A stretch of 64,000 nt of DNA. Origin: Blasia pusilla (Eukaryota). The DNA is taken from positions 39,060,001 through 39,124,000 of the forward strand of contig CM114271.1 of assembly GCA_050084515.1 (NCBI GenBank). Direction: 5' to 3'. Within the stretch, counting starts at the first letter, position 1. Each line of letters starts with the position of its first letter. This document shows positions 23,543-36,910 of the stretch, one piece after another. The position numbers were made by a program, and so were the translations under genes. The notes beneath the pieces are model-generated. The model was given only the letters and a program-made list of their open reading frames with translations. It was not told the origin of the DNA and made no database searches.

Positions 23543-26519
23543 ATGGACATGTTTCCTTCTAGTGGTTGTGGCAAAGGGAGAATGTGCAAGCTCGTAAATT
23601 GGGAAGAAAGAGAATGAGGTGTCCTTGCACTGGATATAAGGGCGGAGCTACCATTAGCATCCAGAAGGTGGAAGAACACTTGCAGAAGTTTGGATGCTCG
23701 CAACTTTGTCGAGTTCCAAAGAACAGTGTGGGATGGAACTCCTCTGATGAGGAGTGGCTTGCACATGACAATGAAGAGTTTAAAAAGCAAGGAGAGGAAA
23801 TATTGCGCACTGCCTCAAACTTTACGAAAGACCCTTTAAAACGTCATTGTGACCAAAAGTTGGATGTTGATATAGATATCCAGAAAATGCTCAATGACAT
23901 CTTTCAACAGTATGACCAAATGCATGAGGAGGAAGGACAAGAAACAAATGCCCATGCGACAGAACCTTATAGACAAGAAGATGATTTATCTGAAGAACCT
24001 GTGATTGGTTAGAGTTTGGAATTTGATGAGCTTGTTGAAGCATGCAAGTCATTGTTCCCGGCAGCAAAATTTTCTATACTTGCCTTTTTCATGCTCATCT
24101 TTAATATCCAAACCACCCATGGTGTTCCAAACATTCCAATAGATGAAATCCTTAAAGTTCTGGTAAGATGGTTTTGCCGACAGATAACGTAGTCCCCTCT
24201 ACTTACTATGCACCCAAGGAACTTATTGGTAGGCTAGGTCTGAGTTACAATTGCATTCATGCTTATCGAGATGGATGTGTTCTATTTGTCTCCATTTGCA
24301 AGATGTTGAAAACTGCCGGAAATGTGGGAAGTCACGGTTCAAAAAAGTGGGCAGGTCATTAGAACCTTGCAAAGAAGTAAGACATTTTCCAGTAATACCT
24401 AGAATGGAGTGGATGCTTTGATGTGCCACTCTATCCTAATTATTGACTTGGGCAGCAGATGGATTGGTTAGACATACGACTGATAGTAAGGCTTGGGTTC
24501 ATATGGATTGGTTAGACATACGACTGACAGTAAGGCTTGGGTTCATATGGATTATATCATGACTTTTCTGCAGAGAAAAGGAATTGTAGATTTGGTTTAG
24601 CTCTTGATTAATCCCTTCTTAGAGAAGTCGAGCTCGTGGTCAACATGGCCAGTGCTTTTGGTGAACTACAATTTGCCTCCTTAGTTACAAACCAAGAAGT
24701 TTTTTGTCATGTTAGCCATGATTCTACCAAGTAAGGAGAGCGTCAATGGTAGGAATATCGACACTTACCTATCTCCTCTTGTAGAATAATTCCAACAAAT
24801 GTGGGAAGGACTACACTTTCATGATGCCCAAAAAAAAGTTGGATCAAGGGAGTTCACCTTTAGGGCTGCAATTCTTTGGAAAATCAATGATTATCCAGCC
24901 TATGGTACCATATCCGGGAAAAGCCACGGTGGAAAATTGGCTTGTACTATTTGTGGTCCTCGTGTCAATTCAGATTTCTTGAAGGCTTGTGGTAAGCCTA
25001 TTTTTGGTGGTCATCGTCGATATCTCCCAATGACCCATCCATGCCGAGGGCAAAGGTTTGTTGTACATCTCAATGGTCTTGCTGAATCTAGGCCATCATT
25101 CCAGAGATGTACATCAAAGAAATTTTGAATTGGGCCAAGGAGAAAAGTTTATATGATAAAGGTGAAGGCCGAGAGGATGGTCCTCTTGATCCTTACTAGA
25201 GGACACGGGTGAAAAGGCAAAGTATACTCTACAACCTGCTTTATTGGAACGTATCCAATTGATCATTAATACATGAATTATGTAAGATTTATGTGCTTCC
25301 ATAAGGTAAAAATAATGCATGGATAGATGTTGAGTTGGCTTAAAGTTATGTATGTATCCTTAATGAACTTCCAGCATCTTCTTATATGACATATATTAGA
25401 TATAATGCACGTGGAGAAAAATATTTCCGAGAATATGGTAAGGACATTGTTTGGAGTGAAGGATACATTCAAAGATCGGAGAGACATGGAGCCTCGTGGA
25501 ATTCGACCTCACTTATGGTTACAGCCACATCCTAGTAGGGCGCATGTCATGGTGAAACCTATTGCTGATTATTTTTTATCTCAGACAGAACTTACCACCT
25601 TCTTGTCTCGAGTAGAAAACTTGAAAGTGCCCACTATGTATTGTGGTGAATTATGGAAACATGTTGTTCAAAGAAAGTTGAGCAATATGAAATCACATGA
25701 TTACCATGTGTTTATACAAGAGATCCTTCCTTATTGTCTTAGTGGCCTTATGAAAGATGCCATCAAAATCACAATATTGAGATTATCACGGATTATGAGG
25801 AGGGTGTGGGAGAAGGTCTATGGCCCTTCTCTATTTGAACAACTACGCAAGGAGACTGCCACCACTCTTTGCTTACTTGAAATGCATTTCCCCCTGCTTT
25901 CTTTGATGTCATGACACATCTTTTATTCCATGTTGTTGAGGAGCTGGACATTTGTGGGCCCGCCTTTTGTCGATGGATGTATCCTATGGAGCGGTATATG
26001 GGATACATGAAGAGATATGTTGGATCTACGGCTCGTCCTAAGGGATGTATGGTTGAGGGCTACATAAGAGATGAGGCCCAAGGTTCCATGACAGAGTAGA
26101 TGAGGAGATTTGAGGATGTGAGGACAAGAGTGTGGGATGATGGGGAGGAGGATGGAGTCGTTGGTGAAGAGCTTGAGGGTGTGGGATTGCCTTTGCCACT
26201 ATCTCCAGAGATGATCAACATGGCTCATGAGTACGTGTTACATAATACATAGATAATGGTGGAATGGCGAAGGTATTTATAAACCTTTTCAAGGCTACTA
26301 TTTTAAGGTGCAATTTTTCTTGGTCTTCTTTGTGACAAATCCACATATGTGTGCCTAACTATGTATGATTTTATTGCATTTCGACAAGAAAATGAATCAG
26401 CCAATGTAGACATACCATTTGTCAATTGGATAAAAGATGTCATTATCCAAGATAATGAAGATGGAGGAAGGGTAGTGGACCCTCAAGCCCATGCCTTGTC
26501 TATTCCAAAATGAGCCAAG
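23543..26519 (+). pseudogene. CACTA (En/Spm) TnpD transposase, fragmented and truncated by the hAT element
   Basis: RCPC N-terminal motif; LPTDNVVP...LGLSYNCIHA; NDYPAYG...ACTIC; MHVEKN; MKSHDYHV; HVVEEL..CGP...WMYPMERYM. Multiple stops and a 44 bp tandem duplication at 24459-24546. Confidence 0.92.
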
Positions 26520-27877
26520 CAAGGTTGCACGTGGACAAAGTCCGTGTCCGCGCACATATGTCCGTCCCAAGGACAGACATGTCCGCGCGGGCTGGAGTGT
26601 GGGCTCCATGAGCCCGTGTTATCCGTCAGCCCGTAGCCGGGCCCGTGCACACCGAGCAATCCGCCCTTTCCCGGCCAATGCGCATCATGCTCGACCCCTT
26701 TTTTTGTCGAACCCGTTTCGCGGACAAATTGGGTCGCGTTGCGCCCTGTGATTTGTCGCTTTGGTCCTAGCCCGCATGTGAGCTCTAGGACCCACGCGCT
26801 TTGTGGCCCGCAAGCCCCAGCTCCCCCCTCGCCCGCATATGAGCCCGCGACGCCCACCCCCCCCGGCCCGCGAGCCCTCCCTTGCCCATACACAGGCCCA
26901 CACGTGAGCATGCGGGCCCTCCATAGCCCTCACTAGCCCTCCTACGAGCCCTTGAGCCTGCATCCGGGCCCGCGAGTCCCCCCCCCTGGCCAGAGTTCGG
27001 CCACGGAGCCCACCATTCCTGTGAACCCCGCGGGGACATATGGCGGCCTGGGCGTGGCTGGGGCAAAGTTCAAACTTGGCCCCAACTCCCTCCCCTCCCC
27101 TTCCCCCTTTTTCCCCTTTGGGATAAAACCCATAAGGGAAGGGCCCACAAGGGGCCCCAAAAATATACATCTGGGCGGAGTTAAAGAGTTAATTACCTAA
27201 TTATCACTTATTTTCCCTATTTATCCATTTTTTTAGTGATATTTTGGATTAGGGTCCAAATTTTTATGGTGCCTTTAGAGCTAAGGGCTTTCAAGGTTAC
27301 TCGGAATTTTTGAGAAATCCCTTGGGTGCCTTTTGGGAGTACTTGGATTTTATTTGGGACCAACTTGGATATTTGCGCTCCTTGTTGCATCTAAAATTAA
27401 CTCCAATTGACTCCACATTAGGTGAGTGTTTGTGAGTGTGGAAATCTCTTGTTTCACTAAACTTGTTTGGTGATTTTGAGATTTCCGATTCATACACCCG
27501 AGTGTTTTGACTTGTTCCATTGGTTCTCCTTAGCACATCGGGGATGTGGAGGTGATCAAGGAACCTTGTCTAAACACATCCATATCTACCTATTTCCTTT
27601 GAGAGCCCAACCAAAAGCTTCCATCATTCACGCGTTGGTATATTTTGAGCCATTTTTTTAGCATCTCACGTCATTCTCTTTTCGGTATTTTGTTATCTCA
27701 ACCCATACATTTCTTTCCCTTGTATTTTTTAAGACATTATTATCTTTTTCATCGGAGGGAAATATCTAATGGGGCTGGATCATCGAGAGCGAAAGAGAAC
27801 CGAAATGAGTCCAACGTCGGGGCCAAGAGGCAAAGAGCAACTCTGAGGAATGATTTCAACATGGCCATAAGAGAGGC

Positions 27878-29143
27878 ATGGTTAGACTGGTTTTCCAGCT
27901 TTCTTTAGACAAGAGACGATCCTATATTTCGAGGGGTATGGATGGTTTACATGACTACACCTTGGAATTGCAGAGATTGTCCAATAGACTGGCAAAGGCA
28001 TTTGACGGGGAAGTGAATGCCGTAGAGGCTGATAGGTTGACTAAATTTTGTGCACAACAAGGTGTTAACCTGGAGAGAGCATATGTAGATCTTAAGACAT
28101 ATAAGGATGAGAAGCAGAATGTTGCAGAGTCGGCTTTCCTAGAAAGATTCTTTATAGAGTTAAGAAGTGCTCAACGTCTTTTCAAGGGACGTAGTACTTC
28201 TCTGGGGTTGACATTGACCATTCCATGTGCAATAACTTTGATTTGCGATAAGAATGTGGTAATAGGACATAACCCGAGCAATATTGTGGGAACCACTTTA
28301 CACAAAATTTTGTATTGTTATAAAATAAACGGAACCCATGGCTTTAGGGCAGAAATGTACTTTTGCATGAAGGTGTATAAGGAATCATCTCTATCAAGAT
28401 CTAGAAAATCGATGATGCGAGAGGAGTTGTTTGCGAGTATTTTACATCGCTGTGTTGTTTGCATGGTGGGAAGGTTTATCGAGGATCCACCGCGTGCCAT
28501 TTTTCCATATTGGAATGGTGGACACCTCAAAAATTGGTTGCGAGCATGCCATAACTTGAAGAACAGCGTGGATAATCCATGAGAGTTGGAAAAGATGAGA
28601 TGTCTCGCAATAGCATCAAATGTCGTCTAGCTTGTGGTTGCCATTCTTGGAACCATGGAGACAATCCACAAGCGTGGGATTTTTCATACCGACCTCCATG
28701 CTAGAAACATGTTAATCCATTTTGGATCCAACTCTAGCACATACATCGGCGTTGGAGATTGGGGGAATGCCATATGGACTGATGAAGTCTTGGAATCTCC
28801 TCATAGATGGTGGCAGCATGAACAAAAAAATCATGTTGGGCATATAGCACCGAAGTTGATAGCAGGGCCTCACGAACTCCCTTTTAGCAAGGCCACTAAA
28901 ATCTATGCCCTGGGAATGATTGTGAAGAATTTGAACTATGTGACATACAACCTCTCTATCGGGAATGCCCAAGCGAACATGAGATTTTCTTATTTGGAAA
29001 GGATTCAAAAGTGGGCATTGGCTCTGAATCCCTCTGATCGCAAAAGCTTAGATTTTCTTATTGCACATATCATAGCAAATGCAAAAGTATTAGGTGTAGA
29101 CGATGTAGATTCGGGATTAAGGCCAATAACAGTGGTAGTATGA
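27878..29143 (+). pseudogene. Divergent protein kinase-like gene with in-frame stops, inside the hAT element
   Basis: CMKVY, REE, FPYWNGGHL, IHKRGIFHTDLHARNMLI, VGDWG, HIAPKL, IYALG. ORFs 27878-28582 and 28634-29143 are in the same frame. Confidence 0.78.
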
Positions 29144-31944
29144 TTGTAAACCCGTTTGAGGATTGGATATTTTTCATGAGAAATGAAAGACTTGGTTCAA
29201 AAACATGAATGTGTTCCTATGAAATTTTGTAAATGATGAATCTTGATTGATGTACGGATGTATTGTGTGCCATCCTATCACTATTATTGGAATCATTTCT
29301 AAATCACCTTTCTTTTTATATTTCGGTAAAAGACAATATGGAGTTGCCACCTCATGAAGACCGTAGCCCTCATGACAATCAGAATGACGGAAAAGAGGAC
29401 GAACCCCTCAATACATCGACACAAGAGATCCCTCCGAAGGTGAACAAGATCGGTCTCGCAATTTGTCACGGAAGATGAATTGAAGGTGCACTGGATAGCA
29501 CCATTGACCCACAAGTTTTGAAAGGAGAGTTCAAGAAGTCTCGGCTGAAGTGGCCATAGCGTGCAATTGGAGAATTTGCAAGGAAAGTGGAAGAGAATGA
29601 CTAGACAAAGGATTGGGCTTTATTCAATGGCGTCTGAAAGTACAAAGACCTCCCCAAGAGAAAGATGAAGTTTGTGAGCAAGGTATTTTTTCAGCTCAAA
29701 GTCACGGAGTTGATGAAGGATATGGAGGTCCAGTATAGCAATGTGGATGAGGGGTCTTCAAGAAGAAATAAGAGACCAAGAGAAGAAGACAGTAGAACCC
29801 CACGACAACACTTTAAAGGAGCAAGAGTGGAAGCTTCATCACCACGAGCGTCATCACGCCATTATCAGCAAGGTGGATTGTCAAGGAGCCTTAGAGCCAT
29901 ACTGAAGAATGTATACAAGACGAGAGTGGAGATGAAGGGCGAGTACAGATGGGGGCGGAGGATAGACGAGATGGTTTGAATGACCTCTATGTAGGTCGTA
30001 GTACTAGCTTTGATGAGCCAGTGGAGAGTTTTGATCGCCCTATACATAGCGGTGCTCCTCCCCAAACCTTTTGCGGGGAGAGTGCTCCGAATAATAGCAA
30101 GGTAATGTCTCTTCTATCACACTTGGAGAGTTTAATAACAAATTCCCAACGCAATGTTGATTTGGCCGCAAAATTCAACGTTTTGAATGGGAAGTATGAA
30201 CTGTTATATGAGGAGCACATGAGATTGAAGAAAGAGATGGAGAGGCTTTTGAACAAATCTATTGCCAGAGATGACGTCCATAGAAGGCAAAGAGCTGTAA
30301 TGGTTGACCACACATAGTAGTGGAGGAGAGCATACGAGAACATCATGGCAAGAGACAGCAAGAGATGGATGAATTCTTGCGATGGAGAGCAAGAGGTAAC
30401 GTGGCAAAACTCACCCTTGAGACAACCCTACTTGAGGGTCGTTTCGTGAAGGAGGTTGATATGATCTTATTTCAACCTATCGAGTAGTTGTGGCCTCCAG
30501 CTCTACGCACAACATGGGCAACTTGTAGACAAGCTTGGTCAGGAAGACTCTATCACCTTTTTGGCATATCTTTCCGCGCTCCTTATGGAAATGCACCACC
30601 AACTTATCGCAAATTAACCCAAGAGCAAGAAAATTTCACTCTCAGTTTGGGACATCATAGCCCCTGATCAAACTATAACCCCAAAGTGAACATAGACGGG
30701 GTGGTTCAAGCGGAAATCCTTCACCAACGGAGGATTGATGGGGCAATGCGAGCATGGTTGGTCCGCTTTACTGACATGTACGATCGAGGAGAGCTTATCC
30801 ACGGAATAGCCACTGATCTCCAAAATTGAGAGGAGGAAAACTTCTTCTTTGCTCAAGGGTTGAATTGACAAGAAGCTTGAGACGCCCTCAACATAACTCA
30901 ACAACTTGTGCTAAACCATTATCAAAATTCATCGATGGATGAGCTTATTTTGAGGAGACTCAAATTGATCTTTCCACCTTTCTTATGGCAAGATATTCCT
31001 CAAAGGACTGAAGGCGGATATCCTCGAACATACCCTATTACCCTCGTCGAATGCAGGAGGAACTCTTTGGATTCTTCGAGAGAGAGTGAGAGATATTTCC
31101 GACACAGCCAACACAAGAAATTGATGATGGTGAAGCTCACGTTGAGTTGGAAAGGATTGTTCCTCGTGGAGATGGGAAGCGCATGACTAGAGCCGGGGGA
31201 AGAGGAGGAAGAAATGGTGAGACGTTGACAACGGTGTTACATATATCGGATGATGAATCTGATTAGAGAGAATGAGTTGATATTTATATCTTTGTAATGT
31301 ACATAAGTATTAGGTTCCTCTCAATCCAGATGTTTTGTGGGGTACTCCTCATTTATTGTAAAAAATTTACAAAAAAATTCAAAATATTCCACTAAGGAAA
31401 CTTGTGAATGTGAGCCGATCACGAATGTTGTCCATGAAGTGAGTTCATGAAATGGATGAAATTTTTCTCTTCGGTTATAAATCCTTGGATAAGGTGGAAG
31501 ATACCATAATTGAATGATTTGTTTGATATAAATTTTTTTATTACTAACTCATCAAAATAAGCGATTTTCTATTATTTATTGAAAGATGGGGATTGGAAAA
31601 GGGATGATTTTTTTTTCCAAAATTAATGAAGGAAAATATATGTTTGAATTGAATTATAAAGGAAAATAATATATGCATTTTATCCCAATGACCAATATTG
31701 CATGGGGTAGAATTTGAAAGAGACTTGGGTGGAATAGAAAAGGGTTCTATTAATCTATTCATGGAGAATGAATAGATTTGGTTTCAATTTTATGGAAGGA
31801 TGAATTTACTCTAGGGAGTAGGTATCATTTACATTTGATTGCAAGAGTGTAATTACTTACAAGAATGAAAAGTAATAACTCTTCTAACATTCTATAGAAT
31901 AGTGCAGATGGTCCCAAAGTAACATCTATCACTCTGGCTAAGTC

Positions 31945-34052
31945 TCATCCCAAATTAAGTTTAAAATGACCTTTTGGACTCGAAGCAGATAGCTTTGAAT
32001 GAAAAAAAAAGGGTCTTGAACTGGACATCTTGTCCAACGTTTCCATCTTGAGCCAAAATTTAGCCCAACTGGTATCCAAGGTGCATTTAGCACTCTTGCC
32101 AAGTTTAAAGCAAAATGGAGTTGGAACCACAAGCTCAAAAAGTGGCAAGTCCATTTTGGACCCGAACAATCAAACCTTCTATCAAAATAACATTTTTTCA
32201 TTTTTCATCTTGTCCAACTTTCACATTTTGAACTGAAATTTGTCCCACGTGTTCCCCAAGGTGCATGTTAAACTCTAGTAAATTTTCATTCAAAATGGAG
32301 TTGTGAGCAAAAGCCCAAAAATTACTAACTCCTTTTTGGACCCGAACCATCAAACCTTCTATGAAAAATGGTTTTTTCATTTTTCATCTTGTCCAAATTT
32401 GTCATCTTGAGCTGAAATTTGTCCAAAATGGTCCCCAAGGTGCATGTAGAACTCTTGCCAAGTTTCAGGAAAAATGAAGTTCTCAGAAAAAACTCAAAAA
32501 TTACTAACTCCTTTTTGGACTCGAACCATTAAACCTTAAATGAAAAGAAGGCCTTGTGATTTTTCACCTTCTCCAATTTTCTCATCTTGAGGTGAAATTT
32601 GGCCCACATGGTCTCCAAGGTGCATCTAGAAGTCTTTCCAATTTTCAAGTAAAATGGAGATGTGAGCAAATGGTCAAAAATCACTAACTCTTTTTTGGAC
32701 TCGAACAATTAAACCTTTAATGAAAAGAAGATCTTATGATTTTACACCTTGTCCACCTTTCTCAAATTGAGATGAAATTTGGCCCACATGGTCTCCAAGA
32801 TGCATCTAGCAGTCTTGCCAATTTTCAAGCAAAATGGAGTTGGGACCACAAGCTCAAAATTTGGCAAGTCCTTTCTAGACCCGAACCATCGGACCTTCTA
32901 TCAAAATAAGGTTTTTTCATTTTTCATCTTGTCCAACTTTGTCATCTTGACGTGAAATTTGGCCACATTTGTCCCCAAGGTGCATCTAGAATTCTTGCCA
33001 AGTTTCAAGAAAAATGAAGTTGTGAGAAAAAGCTCAAAAATTTCTAACTCATTTTTGGACCCGAAGCATCAGACCTTCTCCCAAAATAAGGTTTTTTCAT
33101 CTTGTCCAACTTCATCATCTTGAGCTCCAATTTGGCCAACATGGTTCCCAAGATGCATCTAGGACAATTGCCAAGTTATGGGAAAAATAAAGTTGTGAGC
33201 AAAAGCTCAAAAATTTCTAACTCATGTTTGGACCGAACCTATCAGATCTTCTACCAACATAAGGTTTTTTTCATTTTTCATCTTATCAAACTTTGTCATC
33301 TTGAGCTGAAATTTAGCCAACATGGTCCGGAAGGTGGCCATAGCAAGCTTACCAAGTTTGAGGCAAAATCAAGTTGTGAGAAAAACCGTAAAAAATTCTA
33401 ACTCTTTTTTGGACCCGAACCATCAGACCTTCTACCAAAATAAGGTTTTTTTATTTTTCATCTTGTCCAACTTTTTCATCTTGAGTTGCAATTTGGCCAA
33501 CATACTCCCCACAGTGCATCTAGGACTCTTGCCAAGTTTCAGGAAAAATGAAGTTGTGAGCAAACCCGAACCCTGAGACCTTCTATCAAAATAAGGTTTT
33601 CTCATATTTCTTCTTGTCAAAGTTTTCATCTTAGGTGCAATTTGGCCAACCCGGTCCCCAAGATGACCCTAGCACTCTTGCTAGGTTAGAGGAAAAATGG
33701 AGTTGTGAGCAAAAGCTCAAAAATTTCTAACTCCTTTTTCGACCCGAACCATTAGGCCTTCTATCAAAATTAGGTTTTTTCATTTTTCACCTTGTCTAAC
33801 TTTCCCATCTTGAGCTGAAAGTTTTTTGACATGGTTTCCAAGGTGCCTATTCCACTCTTGCCAAGTTTCAACCAAAATGGAGTTGTGAGGAAAACTTCAA
33901 AAATATGTAAGTACCTTTTGGCCCCAAACCACTAAACCTTCAATAGAAAGAAGGTTTTTTCATTTTTCATCATGTCCAACTTTCCCAACTTGCGTTTGTA
34001 GCATCCTTGTAAAGTTTTGAGCAAAATGGAGTTGTGACCACGAGCTCAAAAA
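31945..34052. repeat. Satellite array, ~180 bp unit, ~11-12 diverged copies
   Basis: Anchor ttttggac(c/t)cgaacc recurs near 31973, 32155, 32334, 32513, 32693, 32874, 33053, 33227, 33408, 33736 and 33916. Confidence 0.92.
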
Positions 34053-34499
34053 TCACACTTACCAATTTCACCTTCAATGTAAAAATGAATGCTTTATTAG
34101 TGAGAAGTATATAAAAAGGATTGTCATAAAAATGACATTCTTACAATAGTCAATACAAAACAAGTTTGCTACAACTATCTACTAATCTGTCTCACTAAAT
34201 TTTGTAATTACTCTTCTACTCTAGGTCTATGGTTGGGTCTGGTGGAATAAACTGTAAGCGGTAATTTGGCGGCTCAATAGTTCGAAGTCGGGTGGATCAG
34301 TGACGAGTTCCCATTGTAGTTGTTTCATCATCGGAGGAAATGTATGAACTATCCATGCCATGATTGATGGGTTGAGAGTTTGGAACCATTGGTATGAGAA
34401 CATCATTATCATTAGGCTTATCAACTAAGTCCACTGTTTCAGCGCTCAAAGATTATGGAGGACTATCCCGCATAGGTTCACTAGACTTGGTGGAATAAT

Positions 34500-36910
34500 T
34501 GTGAACTCCTAGTGGTGCAACAATCTGAGGGTTGTAGGTCCTGTTAGGAGAAGTGCTGGGCAGATTGGCTTCGCTTGAAGACCTCCGTTGTTGCTCTTCT
34601 TTGTGCTCTCAAATCCAATGTTCCATTTCAACATCATCTTCATCTCTTCCAAGCCCCTCGGAATCAAAAAATTTAGTATTGCCGATATGAGTATCCTCTC
34701 TCCCTTCAATGCCATGAATTCAAGATATCACATCCACCTCCTCTAGATCCTCATCTTGCAAGTCAAGTTCATCTTCATGATTATCATCACGGTTTCTTGC
34801 ATGCAAGCTAGATTCACTTCCATCTTCTACTACCCTTATAACTTGTTCTTGTCCATCCCTTTCTGAGAAGTATTGCTCGTACAAGAGCGCTTATCTTGAT
34901 TTCCGAGAAACACCCTTGTCTCCAAACCTTGAGTTTGTGTAGATGTAAACCAAATCCATGGCACTCTTGTTGGTCAATTTACTCCTGTGCTTGTTGTGGA
35001 TGAAACCATAACTACTCCAATTTCTCTCCGCTCAAGAAGATGAAACCACTTGTGCTAATATGGACTTAGCCACAGAGCGCAATGTTGATGCACCTTGACC
35101 GTGCATGCTCCACCGATCAAAGGGACATAGTGAATCAACAACTTCCCTACCTAATTCATCCACAAATATTTCTTGATGGTTTACAATGTTGCCCAACTCT
35201 CGCAAGCAAGTTGTCACATAAGAATCAGCCTTGGTGACATTGAGGCCATGCACCCCACTTATATATAGTTTCAGATATTTTTGGAATTCTCTCATGCACT
35301 CAGAATTTGAATTGACGTCTTGAACATTATCTAGAAGATTGTAAGAGGCGAGAATGTAGCCTATTGGATGTAACTTGTTATGGCTAAGTGCCCACCGCCT
35401 AGAAATAACATCGACCATCTCTATCGCTCTAGACATTGTGACAAAATAATTGTGACGTCTTCTGCCCACACCGGGCCATGGAGTCAGAGGAAAAGAACGA
35501 GTCACTTCCATTATCTAAAAAATACAGCGATAAATACGCCTAATCATTGCTTTATGACCATCACACTCTCTCAACAGAATAATAGTTGGTTGAGCCGCAG
35601 CAAACAGCTCCTCATCCTCCATCCAAAAATCGTGATTGGCCATAATAGTCTCAATCTCTCGTGCCTTCTCCCTTTGCCTCGTATGCCTGCCATTGAAATA
35701 CTCCCTAAAAGCATTGGTGGCAACCATGGCGTGGAACGCCTCCATCAATTCTAAGATGCGTCCCAACATGAAAAAATTTGTCGCAAAGCATGTATTTGTA
35801 GGAAGCAAAAATCGTCTCTTCATTGGATTTATTTCCATAAATTTGGCCATCACCCAAGTTCTTGTCTTCACAAATACTACCATCTCACGAGCTTGTGCAA
35901 AAATCTTGTCCACCGAAGGCCATTCACCCCACTCTTCGCAGACTAGATCAAGAGAATGTGATATGCATCCACCCCAAAGAATATAAGGGAACTTTGCTTC
36001 GATAAGTTTCCCTGCTGCTCACAAGTTGCAACATATTCTGTGGACCGATGTGCATGATAGTCCTCTCTATGTGACTGGCCAACCACTCCGCTATTTGGGA
36101 TTCCCCTTTGGTGTCTACCGACTCAATCATGACTTCACCTTGTGGACAAGAGACCATTATGTTCACTAAAGACTCGCTTCTCACATTGGTCCAAGAATCC
36201 GTTATGATCGTGGCCCCCAAACAAAAATTGTCCAATATGCCATCCATCTTTTCCTTCACCTTCCCCATATGTTTCTCAGGTAGGGTGGTGCACAACGAAT
36301 TGTAACTAGGACCTGAGTAACCCTTCACCTTTGTTGTTGCCAACACTACTTCTTTGAAAGCATCCTACCGTACTACGTTGAATGGTATTCCACATTCGTA
36401 GAAACACTTTGCCCACATGTCATTCACAAATTCTATTCCTTGGATCTTGAAAGAATCCCTCAGATCACCTTGCTTCTTCCCCGAACTACTACTCCCTCGA
36501 ATAGGCCCAACAACTCCTCTAGCATGTCCGGAATCCCATCGACATTTTGTACAACATAAGCATTATTTCCTGTTTGTTGCAAACCTATTTGTAATGGAGT
36601 CGTCTCTTCCACTTCGCTCAAAGGTCTCGCTTCCCTTCTTTGTCCATTTCCCACTAGTACCCTATTTCGGAGATCCTGTTGCACGCTAGAAGGGATCTTC
36701 ACATATAATTTGGCATGATGGATATCTTGATTCCCATCCTTTGTATTTCGTCTCTCTCGTGTAAAATGCTCCACCTTCCGCTTGCTATGATAGGTTTTCA
36801 TAGAATAGGGACAATACTTCCACTACTATGTGCTTGATGTTTCACCTTCCATTTGTACTTCTTCCCAATGTTCCTTCACAATCTGTTGGAGTTCTCTGGC
36901 TTTGGTCATG
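34500..36910 (-). pseudogene. hAT transposase (DUF659-type core plus C-terminal dimerisation domain), degenerate
   Basis: GPSYNSL, ATIITDSWTN...LVNIMV, TCFATNFFML, LHPIGYIL, RWSMHG...LRSVAKSILAQVVSSS, followed by ERNWS codons. Confidence 0.9.

Noticed and set aside
23180-23545. CACTA terminal inverted repeats
   Set aside because: Scattered CACTA/TAGTG pentamers, but no extended TIR pair or 3 bp TSD could be matched.
26483-27200. Cluster of overlapping Gly/Pro/Arg-rich ORFs (also 37630-38740)
   Set aside because: By-product of GC-rich hAT subterminal repeats; no domain motifs.
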